Below, one piece after another: positions 44,865-54,118 of a stretch of DNA of 64,000 nt; within the stretch, counting starts at the first letter, position 1; every line of letters begins with the position of its first letter. The stretch comes from an uncultured virus (IMG/VR IMGVR_UViG_3300025890_001884) (taxonomy: Duplodnaviria; Heunggongvirae; Uroviricota; Caudoviricetes). Position numbers and translations under genes: made by a program. Location: the IMG/VR virus record IMGVR_UViG_3300025890_001884. The stretch is one strand, 5' to 3'. The notes beneath the pieces were generated by a model. The model was not told where the DNA came from. It ran no database searches and was given only the letters and a program-made list of their open reading frames with translations.

Positions 44865-44904
44865 ATTATATCAAAAATATGGGGTGTTGTCAAGAACTAT
44901 TTTT
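44865..44904 (-). promoter_or_regulatory. sigma70-type promoter driving the fibre/glycosylation operon
   Basis: Minus strand reads AAAAATAGTTC, TTGACA (44893-44888), 17-nt spacer, TATAAT (44870-44865). Confidence 0.88.
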
Positions 44905-44943
44905 AAGAGGGGGTATGTTTTAAGTTAAAATAAGGTATGATAC

Positions 44944-45315
44944 TTAACTTGGTTTGGTTGGCCAAGTAATATTATCTATATCTGTAACGCTAGATTGAGC
45001 TGTAGGCATATCTCTTAGTGTTTGCCTGTAAGTTACCCACTCTGTTTTTTTAGAAGCACTTAAAGGAGAATCTGACATTTGTGTCCAATCTGATTCAGAT
45101 AATAGAGTATTTCTTTTTCTTCTTACCTCTGGTAAAATGTCCGCGGTATATGATGTAACAACGCCGTCTACGATTTTTTGCGTTGCTCTATCGTAATGTC
45201 CTTGAATAATCCCTTCACCACTTTCAAGTAATATATCTGATAAATCTGTAAGATGGGTGCTACTACCTTGTGTAGTTATTAATCCTGTACTAATGTTGTA
45301 TATGCTGTATTTCAT
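44944..45315 (-). CDS. Tail fibre assembly chaperone
   Basis: RRKRNTLLSESDWTQMSDSPL...W..YRQ.LRD.P...WPTKP. Confidence 0.85.
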   Translation of the reverse strand: MKYSIYNISTGLITTQGSSTHLTDLSDILLESGEGIIQGHYDRATQKIVDGVVTSYTADILPEVRRKRNTLLSESDWTQMSDSPLSASKKTEWVTYRQTLRDMPTAQSSVTDIDNITWPTKPS

Positions 45316-45323
45316 TTTTCTTC

Positions 45324-48300
45324 CTATTGTGTATTATCTACATCTATATATATTGCTTGATATGTGCTGTTGAATATAGAGCCACTATTATTCCACTTAA
45401 CTCTCCAATATACAGTTTCTTGTGACGAACTCATTCCACTGAGAGTTCCTTGCCAAACAAACACATAGCTTCTAAATGTACCTGCATCAGCGTTCATTGC
45501 AGGACTTAAAGCAGTCCAAGTAGTTCCATTGAAACTATATTGTATAGTTCCATTTCTTACATCACCTAATACAGCACTGTATATAACTTGATAACCTGCA
45601 CCATTTCTAACATTGTTTAATGTAGTATTCATATAAACAGCTTCAGTGCTATTAACAGTAGAGCCAGGATATAGTCCATTCCATTGGTTATTTTCGGCTG
45701 TTACTCTAAGAGGTACAGTTCCTCCCGTTTGGTTAATAATGTCAGCACTTGCATTGGCAAAATGTTTGACATTCAAAGTATCTACATCAATTTTTTCTGA
45801 ACGAATAGCAGATATCTGTGCTGCTCCTACAGCATTCGCTGCTATGGTTAAAGTAGTAATCTGATTTGCTGCAATAGTAGCTGTAGTAATTTGATTCGCC
45901 GCTATCTTAGCCGTGTTAATAGCATTAGCTGCTATTTCTGACTCTCCAACATTACCTGCTCTTATTTTTGCTGATGTGATAGCATTAGCTGCTATTTGTG
46001 CATTACTAATTGTTCCTGATAATTTACCTGTACCGACTGCTGTAATCATAGCGTCATCTACACTGCCTGACTTTATTTCTGCTGAATCAATAGCATTAGC
46101 AGCAATCATGGCATTAGTAATATCTCCATTACCTACACTAATTTTTGCAAAAGCAATATCTCCTGTACCAATAGCTATTTTTGCTATGTCTATAGAACCT
46201 GTACCAATAGCTATTTTTGCTATATCAATATCTCCAGTTCCGATAGCTATTTTTGCTATATCAATATCTCCAGTTCCGATAGCTATTTTTGCTATGTCTA
46301 TGGAGCCTGTTCCGATACTTATTTTTGCTATACCAATATCTCCTGTGCCAATAGCTATTTTTGCTATGTCTATAGAGCCTGTTCCGATACTTATTTTTGC
46401 TATGTCTATAGCTCCAGTCGCGCTTATTTCTGCGTTTGTTATACTGTTTGCTACAATTTTTGCTGCTGTGATTGAGTTAGCTGCAACATGGTCGCCGTTT
46501 ACAGAATCATTTTGAATGACAAGACTAGTTACAGAGTTAATTGCTATTTGATTATTATTAATAGAGTTTGCTGCAATAACAATTGCATTTACTGAGTTTG
46601 CTTTTAATTGGTTTGACTCAATAGCATTTGCAGCTATAACAACTGCATTTACAGAATTTGCTGCTATCTCTGAATTACCTATTGCATTTGCTTGAATTAT
46701 AGCTGCTGTTACTGAATTTGATTTTAGCTGTGCATTTTCTATAGAGTTAGCAGCTATACTATCTACGTTGATAGCATTACTGGCTACACTTGCATTTACT
46801 ATGGCATTGGCAGCTACCCCTACTGTTGTTATAGCATTTCCTGCTACCTGGTCAGTATCAACTGCTCCATTTTGAATTATTATTCCATTTACAGAGTTGA
46901 TTGCGATTTCGCTACTTCCTACTGAATTTCCTAATAATATAGTTCCGTTTACTGAGTTAGCAGCTATTGAAGCTGAAGTAACTGAGTTTGCAGATATCTC
47001 TGCATTATTAATTGTGTTTGCCCCTATTTGAATACTTCCTACAGAGTTAGAAGCTAGTTCTACTCCTGTAATACTATTTGCTGTAACTGTAAAAGCACCT
47101 ACTGCGTCTGATGTAAGTTGGGCGGCTGTAATACTATTAGCTGTTATTGCTACTGTTCCGATTGAATTTGCTGATATCTCTGAACTACCAATAGCATTAG
47201 CTGTTATAGCTATACCGCCGATTGAATTTGCTGCTATCTCTGAGCTACCAATAGCATTAGCTGCTATAGCTATACCACCTATTGAATTAGCGGCTATTTC
47301 TGAAGTGCCTATAGCATTTGCAGTTATTGCTGCACTGCCGATTGAGTTTGCTGATATATGGGAAGAATCTATTTCTCCTGCTATTATATTTGCAGCCCCT
47401 ATTGAATTTGCAGATATATGAGACTCATCTATAGCATCTGCTACAATAGCTGCAGCATTTATTGAGTTAGCTGATATTTGTACTCCTGTAATAGAATTTC
47501 CAGATATCTGTACACTTCCAATGGCGTTTGCTCCAACTTCCTCATCATTGTCTATTTTTACTTTATTTGTGAATGAAGTAATAGCAAAGGTTCCAGCATT
47601 ATTAGCTACTTCTGCAAGTATCGCATCTGAAGAAGAATCTATTCTTAATGCTTGTCTAAATATATTTTTACCAGAGTATGCTCTTGAAGGTGCAGAACTT
47701 ATGTTCATACTTGTATTACTTTCTATATAAGATACTGTAGAATAGAATCTTGTTGCTCCTGCAACATCTACTATAACTACATCTCCTGCTCTAAAATCTG
47801 TTGTGAACGCTGTACTCGTTCCTGTTATTGTACTAGACCCAGCTGTTAAAGTTATTGTTCCAGTTGCTTGTACTATATCATTGTTTGACTCTCCGAGTCT
47901 TTTCATAAATGTATATAGTATTTTATTACCATTAACATCTGCAGCATCTTCATCTGTGTGTAAATGTATTGCTTGTAATGGGTCTGATCTAGTATTTCCT
48001 CTGTCTAAGGCTCCATCATAGTCAAATAATAGATAACCAGTTTCTCCATTTGCTAAGTTGTTAAAACCTGCCTGTGTGGTAAAGTTAGTATTTGCACTTG
48101 CAAAGGCTAATCCATCTGCTCCATTTAATGGTTGGTACGAGTATGTGTTATTTGAAAAAGTTATAGTACCATTTGAAGTATTGATATTTTGAGTAGCAGT
48201 TAATAAACCACCTCTTACAATACTACCATTTAATCCTGCTGGTATAGTATCCGCAGAAAAAGGTGCTAGACTAGAGACATCGAAGTCTACTTTTGTTTGT

Positions 48301-51300
48301 ATGTAAGAAGATGTTTGTCCACTTGTATTTCTTGTTTGAACTCTTAGTATATATTCATCTCCAACTACTACATTTCGTATAGTATAGGAAACTTGTTTGT
48401 CTACATCTATTTTTACAAATTCATCGTGATTTGGGTCGTGGGCTTCAGTCTGTGCATTATGTTGTATTCTATATCCTGCTAAGTGTTCGTATACATCAGT
48501 TAAACTATTACCATCACTATCTGTTCTAGTAGAAGTAGGATGAGTCCAAGATAATAAAATATCATAACCAGATACTCCTGCATCTAATGTTACATTGTCT
48601 CCACCACTAGGTACTATAGCCGCTGTTAGATTTTGAGGTACTGGTACTTCTTCTGTTCTTTTTGGTTTTCTTAATTCTGCTGGAAGTTCTGGTATTTCAT
48701 ATCCTCTATCTACTGCATTAAACTTTTCAATATTATACTCTGCAGCATTAATATTATAAGTCATCTCTCCACTATTTTCTTTTATTGAAGTAACAACATA
48801 CTGTTTTATATTTCCAGTTACATCTACACCTTTATCTGTTTCTCCAGATATAGCATAGATAACTTCTCCATTTGGTACAGAACTAAATGCACTTGATACA
48901 GTTATTGAAGTTGAATTAAAAGAACTTACTGTTTGTTTTTCTATTCTAACATCTTCTGACCAGTGTAGTTGTACTAAAGCGCCTGCGTCATCTTTAACAT
49001 TTCTTGCTTTATATTGGTCATCTATATCTCCACCAGCTTCATCAACTAATACTAAGTCTCCTTCTCTATAAACTACAGAATTAATTGTTGCTGTTTCTTG
49101 TGTTAAATATGCACCGCCACTAGGATATATTAAGTGTAGTTCATAATTATTATTTGAATCTAAAGTACTTGATAAGTCTCTATCTGTTTTTATTACTGTA
49201 GTAGTTGAGCTTGAAGATGTAGTAACTCTACCGCTTAATTGTGTGCCTGAATCATCTGCATCCTGAATATTAATAACATCTCCAGGTCTAAGAACTGCTC
49301 CAGCATTAATTCCTGTTGCAAAAGTTACAACTTCTCTTTCTAATCTTTCTGTAAATAAATGCCACTTACCATATCTATGTGCTTGTCCTTGTGATGTACA
49401 ACCAAATGCTGTAACTGTTTTTCTAGTTATTCTTCCTGATTTTTGTATTTCATCTATGTCTTCTACAACTTCTGTTGCTTGTTTATAACTATCTTCTGGG
49501 TCATTCCATCCTACTCTTACTTGATTGTGTTTAAGTCTTCCTGCTGTACCGGAGTAAGCAAACTCGCCATCTACAACATTTCCTTTTGTGAATGTGTAAA
49601 CAGCTCCTTTTTGAATATTAGAGCCTAAAGTGACTTCTCCATTATACCAGATAAGCATACTTCTAATAACTGTTGCAAATTGTTTTAAAGTTTTTAGTGC
49701 GTCTTGATTCTTTGCTATATAAGTGTTGCAAGTAAATCTTGGTTCACTTCCCCCTTTGCCATCTGGTACTAATTCATCACAGTATTTTGCAATTTGATAC
49801 ATAGTCCATTTGTCAATTTGTGAAAAAGTACCTTCAGGATCTAAATAGTTTCCTAATCCGTATCTTGGATTAGTAAGCATGTCCATAAATATCCATACTG
49901 GATTATCAGTAAATACTGGTTCGTAGTTTGCTTGGTCTGCTGTTTGTGTTAAATTGTTAAATTCTAGTTTGTCTCCTCTAAAATTACCATCCCAATCTAC
50001 ATATGCTCCTGTATCAGCTCCTGTAGTAACATTTCTTGTATAAGTTGCAACAGATCGTCTAACACCTGCTGCAGTATACTCAAATCTTGGGAAATAGTTA
50101 GTAGGTACTTTTACCTTCATTCCAAATATCTCATATCCTCTTTGTGGAATCTGAGTGAAGTCTTCTGCATCTACTACAACTCCTGCATATGCAGTATAAG
50201 GATATCTTAGCTTATCTGTAATAATATTTTCTATAGATTTTAATTGTGAACTATTAGTTTGTTGCCATGAATTTTCTTTTTGATTTATTGGTGAAAGTCT
50301 TTGAATTTTTATTCTGTAGGCATCATAAGGTTGGAATTCTTCTGTATTAATGAGGTAAGTATAACTAAACGCTTCTTTTGATTTGTCTGTTATAATTCCT
50401 GATTGAGAATCTTTAGTTCTAGTATTTTTATGATAGCTAGTTGTTGATGTTGCAATAGTTGGTCTGCCTACTACTAAGGCGTCTGTATAGGTACTGCCTC
50501 CGTCTCTTGAATAACCAAAATATATTCTATGTTCTGCAAAGCCAGGTCCTAATTTACCATTTTCTTTTTGTGAAATTAATCCTTGTGGAAACGCCATATT
50601 AAGTTTTACGGCATCTACTTCCCCAGGATTACCAACATTCATTTGTGCTGAAGTCTTGATTACTTCATTTGCGGTAGCATTGGTTGTTGGTTGGTCTAAT
50701 CCAAAAGTACTATTTGTTGGATAACCAGTGCCTTGTACTTGATCTAAAGAAGCATTAATATTAGCAGCTGAAGAGGCACTTCCTATTCCTGCCGGAGTAG
50801 GTAAGTATGGCTGGTCTCTTTCTCCTGTTCTGAAAGCAAATCCAAAATTATTATAATTATATTGAGGAGTTTCATTTGATTCTTTTATTGGACTGGATAG
50901 TATAGCAATAGTATTTGCTGTATCAATACCTCCACCAACTGTTAAAGTTGCTCTATTGTTATCAGCATCATAACTTGCTACTTTGTCTACTAAGTCTAAA
51001 TATAAACTTGTATTTGATTTTGTTTGTGCAGGTGCTAAGTCTACTCTTACTGCAGATGTATTTATAAATTCTGTAATTTTTGTAGCGAGCTGTGTTCCAT
51101 TTGGTCCAGCTCCGTCTATTCTTAAATAGGCGGGAACTATGTGAGCTGTAGCATCATAAACATCTGAACTTGCAAATGTCATAATAGAAGTATCAGTTCT
51201 AATAATATTATTTCCTGCTATAGTGTCGCCTGCATTAATACCTTTTTTAGCTGCTCCTATTATTTGAATTTCTCTTGTGCCATCTGTAGTTAAAGAGTAT

Positions 51301-51533
51301 TCAAAAATAGAAGGACTGTTATTGTCTACTACTATCTTAGTACTAGCGGTATATCCTGAATCTACTGACCTTTGTGGTGAAAAAGTGTTATTATTAGTTT
51401 CTCCTATTACAGGATTTTTATCGAGTCTTATACTTGCTGCTCCATTGACTAATCCTTCTATCGGGCCTTCTGATAGTGCATCATATATTATGGCTGTTTG
51501 AGCTGTTGATTTTCCTCTAGTTACGTATGCCAT
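45324..51533 (-). CDS. Central tail tip protein (lambda gpJ/TipJ-like) with repeat shaft
   Basis: LSEGPIEGL, YPYTAY, DNPVWI, YCDELVPDGKGGSEPRF, FGCTSQGQAHR, FnIII-like region, then about 600 aa of repeats. Confidence 0.88.
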   Translation of the reverse strand: MAYVTRGKSTAQTAIIYDALSEGPIEGLVNGAASIRLDKNPVIGETNNNTFSPQRSVDSGYTASTKIVVDNNSPSIFEYSLTTDGTREIQIIGAAKKGINAGDTIAGNNIIRTDTSIMTFASSDVYDATAHIVPAYLRIDGAGPNGTQLATKITEFINTSAVRVDLAPAQTKSNTSLYLDLVDKVASYDADNNRATLTVGGGIDTANTIAILSSPIKESNETPQYNYNNFGFAFRTGERDQPYLPTPAGIGSASSAANINASLDQVQGTGYPTNSTFGLDQPTTNATANEVIKTSAQMNVGNPGEVDAVKLNMAFPQGLISQKENGKLGPGFAEHRIYFGYSRDGGSTYTDALVVGRPTIATSTTSYHKNTRTKDSQSGIITDKSKEAFSYTYLINTEEFQPYDAYRIKIQRLSPINQKENSWQQTNSSQLKSIENIITDKLRYPYTAYAGVVVDAEDFTQIPQRGYEIFGMKVKVPTNYFPRFEYTAAGVRRSVATYTRNVTTGADTGAYVDWDGNFRGDKLEFNNLTQTADQANYEPVFTDNPVWIFMDMLTNPRYGLGNYLDPEGTFSQIDKWTMYQIAKYCDELVPDGKGGSEPRFTCNTYIAKNQDALKTLKQFATVIRSMLIWYNGEVTLGSNIQKGAVYTFTKGNVVDGEFAYSGTAGRLKHNQVRVGWNDPEDSYKQATEVVEDIDEIQKSGRITRKTVTAFGCTSQGQAHRYGKWHLFTERLEREVVTFATGINAGAVLRPGDVINIQDADDSGTQLSGRVTTSSSSTTTVIKTDRDLSSTLDSNNNYELHLIYPSGGAYLTQETATINSVVYREGDLVLVDEAGGDIDDQYKARNVKDDAGALVQLHWSEDVRIEKQTVSSFNSTSITVSSAFSSVPNGEVIYAISGETDKGVDVTGNIKQYVVTSIKENSGEMTYNINAAEYNIEKFNAVDRGYEIPELPAELRKPKRTEEVPVPQNLTAAIVPSGGDNVTLDAGVSGYDILLSWTHPTSTRTDSDGNSLTDVYEHLAGYRIQHNAQTEAHDPNHDEFVKIDVDKQVSYTIRNVVVGDEYILRVQTRNTSGQTSSYIQTKVDFDVSSLAPFSADTIPAGLNGSIVRGGLLTATQNINTSNGTITFSNNTYSYQPLNGADGLAFASANTNFTTQAGFNNLANGETGYLLFDYDGALDRGNTRSDPLQAIHLHTDEDAADVNGNKILYTFMKRLGESNNDIVQATGTITLTAGSSTITGTSTAFTTDFRAGDVVIVDVAGATRFYSTVSYIESNTSMNISSAPSRAYSGKNIFRQALRIDSSSDAILAEVANNAGTFAITSFTNKVKIDNDEEVGANAIGSVQISGNSITGVQISANSINAAAIVADAIDESHISANSIGAANIIAGEIDSSHISANSIGSAAITANAIGTSEIAANSIGGIAIAANAIGSSEIAANSIGGIAITANAIGSSEISANSIGTVAITANSITAAQLTSDAVGAFTVTANSITGVELASNSVGSIQIGANTINNAEISANSVTSASIAANSVNGTILLGNSVGSSEIAINSVNGIIIQNGAVDTDQVAGNAITTVGVAANAIVNASVASNAINVDSIAANSIENAQLKSNSVTAAIIQANAIGNSEIAANSVNAVVIAANAIESNQLKANSVNAIVIAANSINNNQIAINSVTSLVIQNDSVNGDHVAANSITAAKIVANSITNAEISATGAIDIAKISIGTGSIDIAKIAIGTGDIGIAKISIGTGSIDIAKIAIGTGDIDIAKIAIGTGDIDIAKIAIGTGSIDIAKIAIGTGDIAFAKISVGNGDITNAMIAANAIDSAEIKSGSVDDAMITAVGTGKLSGTISNAQIAANAITSAKIRAGNVGESEIAANAINTAKIAANQITTATIAANQITTLTIAANAVGAAQISAIRSEKIDVDTLNVKHFANASADIINQTGGTVPLRVTAENNQWNGLYPGSTVNSTEAVYMNTTLNNVRNGAGYQVIYSAVLGDVRNGTIQYSFNGTTWTALSPAMNADAGTFRSYVFVWQGTLSGMSSSQETVYWRVKWNNSGSIFNSTYQAIYIDVDNTQ

Positions 51534-52225
51534 TATGCTATCACTCGCTTGCTAACCCAATCAATGTTTCCACCACCACCACCACCACTAGCTGTACCAC
51601 CATATGATCCTGTGCCTGTGCTTCCTTCTGAAGGTTTTGATATAAATCTATACCCCATTTGATTTTTTATTCTACTTTGTGTAAATCCAAAATTAGTAAC
51701 TGCTCCACCTACTTCCATTCTTCCATAACAGATTGGTACAGGTACTCCCATTTTTGTTGTATTAATTGGACCGTTAAATAATGAACTCTTTTCTTCTTTT
51801 AATTCATCGGGGTCATCCATCGTCATTTCTATTATTCCTTGTAATGCTAAACTCACACCAATTGACATCATTGCTGCTGCTATTTTTGCAGCTGTACCAG
51901 TATCTCCCATTGATATACTTACAACGATAAGAATAATTCCTAAAATTATTTTGCCTATTCCTTTTTTAGAACCTTGAGGAATTGGAGTTATGATTATATC
52001 ATCTTTACCTAAATTATGTCCAATATTATCATAGTCCATAAAGTCTTCGCCTTTTTGAACAGTAAACTGAATATCACTATCTGTACATTCTAATAGGTAT
52101 CTTCTGACTCCTCCTTTCATACAGTCGAGCGCATGCATAGCCTCTTGGACTGTGTCGCAGTTAAGTCTATGAGTTTCTCCAAAGAGTTTTCCCATTCTTC
52201 CCATTAAGTGTATTGTTCTAGTCAT
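51533..52225 (-). CDS. Tail assembly protein I (lambda gpI-like)
   Basis: TIHLMGRMGKLFG...SLFNGPINT...GVPVPICYG. Confidence 0.85.
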   Translation of the reverse strand: MTRTIHLMGRMGKLFGETHRLNCDTVQEAMHALDCMKGGVRRYLLECTDSDIQFTVQKGEDFMDYDNIGHNLGKDDIIITPIPQGSKKGIGKIILGIILIVVSISMGDTGTAAKIAAAMMSIGVSLALQGIIEMTMDDPDELKEEKSSLFNGPINTTKMGVPVPICYGRMEVGGAVTNFGFTQSRIKNQMGYRFISKPSEGSTGTGSYGGTASGGGGGGNIDWVSKRVIA

Positions 52226-52538
52226 AATTTGGTTCCAAAATATAGTGGTCTTTGTCGGGATACGATACGATTAAATATGGTATACCAACGGCGTTACAAT
52301 TATCTATGTCATGTTGACTCGGTTTACAATCTTCATCGTAGTGACTATGGACTACAAATATTATTTTCGAATTGAGTTGATATGTAATGAAAGTTTTTGC
52401 GTCCATTTTAAACATATCTTTTTCTTCTGAAATATTTTCGAGAGGAATATAAATTTTATTATTATTTTCTTCTACAACAAGTCCACAACATTCTCTAGGT
52501 GCGCATTGTTCAGCATGATGAAATATAGAATCCATCAC
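52218..52538 (-). CDS. Tail assembly protein K-like, JAB/MPN domain only
   Basis: HAEQCAPRECCG...VHSH...PSQHD. No NlpC/P60 domain. Confidence 0.8.
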   Translation of the reverse strand: MMDSIFHHAEQCAPRECCGLVVEENNNKIYIPLENISEEKDMFKMDAKTFITYQLNSKIIFVVHSHYDEDCKPSQHDIDNCNAVGIPYLIVSYPDKDHYILEPNYD

Positions 52539-53746
52539 GAGAAGGCTCTTGCTCCTGGGAATCCTCCAAACGGAAGTTCTACGTTTGTATTTGTAGCGTT
52601 CTTTCCTGTACTTGTTGCTGTGCCCGAGCTGATTGGATTAAATCCAAATCTTTTTTTACATCCTGTAGTAGTCTTACTGCATCCATCCCCTCTTTCCCAA
52701 TAAGGGCCATGTCCAGGAGCTTGATCATCACTTGGAGATCTTGCTTTCCATAATAGTGTTTTACCATTTGTAGATGAAGTAGCCACATTGTCTGTAAATT
52801 TTACATAACTGTTATCTCTATCGTCTAAAAAGCTAAAGTATTCTGTACCATGAGAATATGTTGAGTATACTCTAACTCTTTTAAAGTTAGAATTACTATC
52901 TGATGGTGTTCCTGGTGAGCTTGTAGATTTAACAGCTTGCCAATAGTCTGTCACAGTAACACTTGAAGTAGTACTGTTTGCATTAAATCTTGTAGTTGTT
53001 TTAGTAGTTTTGTAATAAGTATTTATAGTAATAGCACCACTAGAATATGTTGTGAAAGTAGTTGTACTTGGTACTACATACTCATCATCTTGATTTACAT
53101 AAACTGTGTATTCTGTGCCATCTCCCCCTGTTTTTAATTTTCCTTCTAAGTGCCAATTACATCCGCTTTGTGCTTTCTTCCATTCAGGTAAGTGTTCACT
53201 TGCTCCTTGATACATGAAAGGACATCTCTCCGCTAAGACATTTCTTGCTGGTAGAGTCACTCCTTGTATATCAAATGGGGCAACTAGTTCAAAAGTTACT
53301 GAAGCTTTTGTTCTTGATTTAATTCTATCAATAACCCAAACAGATCTTGGAAACTCTATAGGAGGACTTGCATCTCCTGTTTCTCCATATAAATACTTTT
53401 TAAGAGTTAATCTTCTAATTACTCTTAAACCAATCATTTCATGATAATCTAAACCTACTGCATCACTTAATACGCTTAGAGCATTTGCTAGAGTTACTGT
53501 AGGGCGAGCTATTGCTCCATCATTTTTTAGTTCGAATCCATCTGCTTTTATAGGAATAGGAGTATAAGTACGAATAGTAGAGTTAGTAGTAAAGTCTCTC
53601 ATTCTAAGAGAGGTAGATTCGTCATCATCTATTCCACTAGTAAAATATGCAAAGTTATCTTTTACAAATTCAAACTCATATAGTTGTACCAGCTCTGAGC
53701 CTGGGTCTAACTTCTGTATATCCTTTACTAATATTTTCTCAGCCAT
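52535..53746 (-). CDS. Minor tail protein L (lambda gpL-like)
   Basis: RRLTLKKYL, FELVAPFD, C...CSKTTTGCKKRF, LPFGGFPG. Confidence 0.85.
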   Translation of the reverse strand: MAEKILVKDIQKLDPGSELVQLYEFEFVKDNFAYFTSGIDDDESTSLRMRDFTTNSTIRTYTPIPIKADGFELKNDGAIARPTVTLANALSVLSDAVGLDYHEMIGLRVIRRLTLKKYLYGETGDASPPIEFPRSVWVIDRIKSRTKASVTFELVAPFDIQGVTLPARNVLAERCPFMYQGASEHLPEWKKAQSGCNWHLEGKLKTGGDGTEYTVYVNQDDEYVVPSTTTFTTYSSGAITINTYYKTTKTTTRFNANSTTSSVTVTDYWQAVKSTSSPGTPSDSNSNFKRVRVYSTYSHGTEYFSFLDDRDNSYVKFTDNVATSSTNGKTLLWKARSPSDDQAPGHGPYWERGDGCSKTTTGCKKRFGFNPISSGTATSTGKNATNTNVELPFGGFPGARAFS

Positions 53747-54117
53747 TATGCTTCGTAGACTCTCCTAAAAGTGCAACTTAAAGAATAATATTCTGCATAC
53801 TCCCAAGTCTGTTGCCAGTCATCACAAACAACTTTTACTGTTTTTTCTCCACCACTTTCATTGCTATCTTCATAAGTATAGTTAAAAGCAGTTACTCCTC
53901 CTTTAAGTTCAAAAAAGTCTGCTATATCATCTATGTCTGCTTTTGTTCTTGTTGCAAAATTTATTGAAAATTCTTGTTGTAAATTATTTATACCATTAGC
54001 TATTCTTTGTTCATAGCCATCTCCAAATTGTGTTTTAAATATCTTCGGTGTATTCTTTCTAGTAAAACCTTTATCTGGTCTAAATGTTACACTTCCGTTG
54101 CTAAATCCTATTGCCAT
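53746..54117 (-). CDS. Minor tail protein M (lambda gpM-like distal tail protein)
   Basis: QFGDGYEQRIANGIN...GGVTAF. Confidence 0.85.
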   Translation of the reverse strand: MAIGFSNGSVTFRPDKGFTRKNTPKIFKTQFGDGYEQRIANGINNLQQEFSINFATRTKADIDDIADFFELKGGVTAFNYTYEDSNESGGEKTVKVVCDDWQQTWEYAEYYSLSCTFRRVYEA

Positions 54118-54118
54118 A

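Noticed and set aside
39566..47730. + strand Ala/Ile-rich ORFs opposite the fibre and TipJ repeats
   Set aside because: Antisense shadows of repeat-coding regions.
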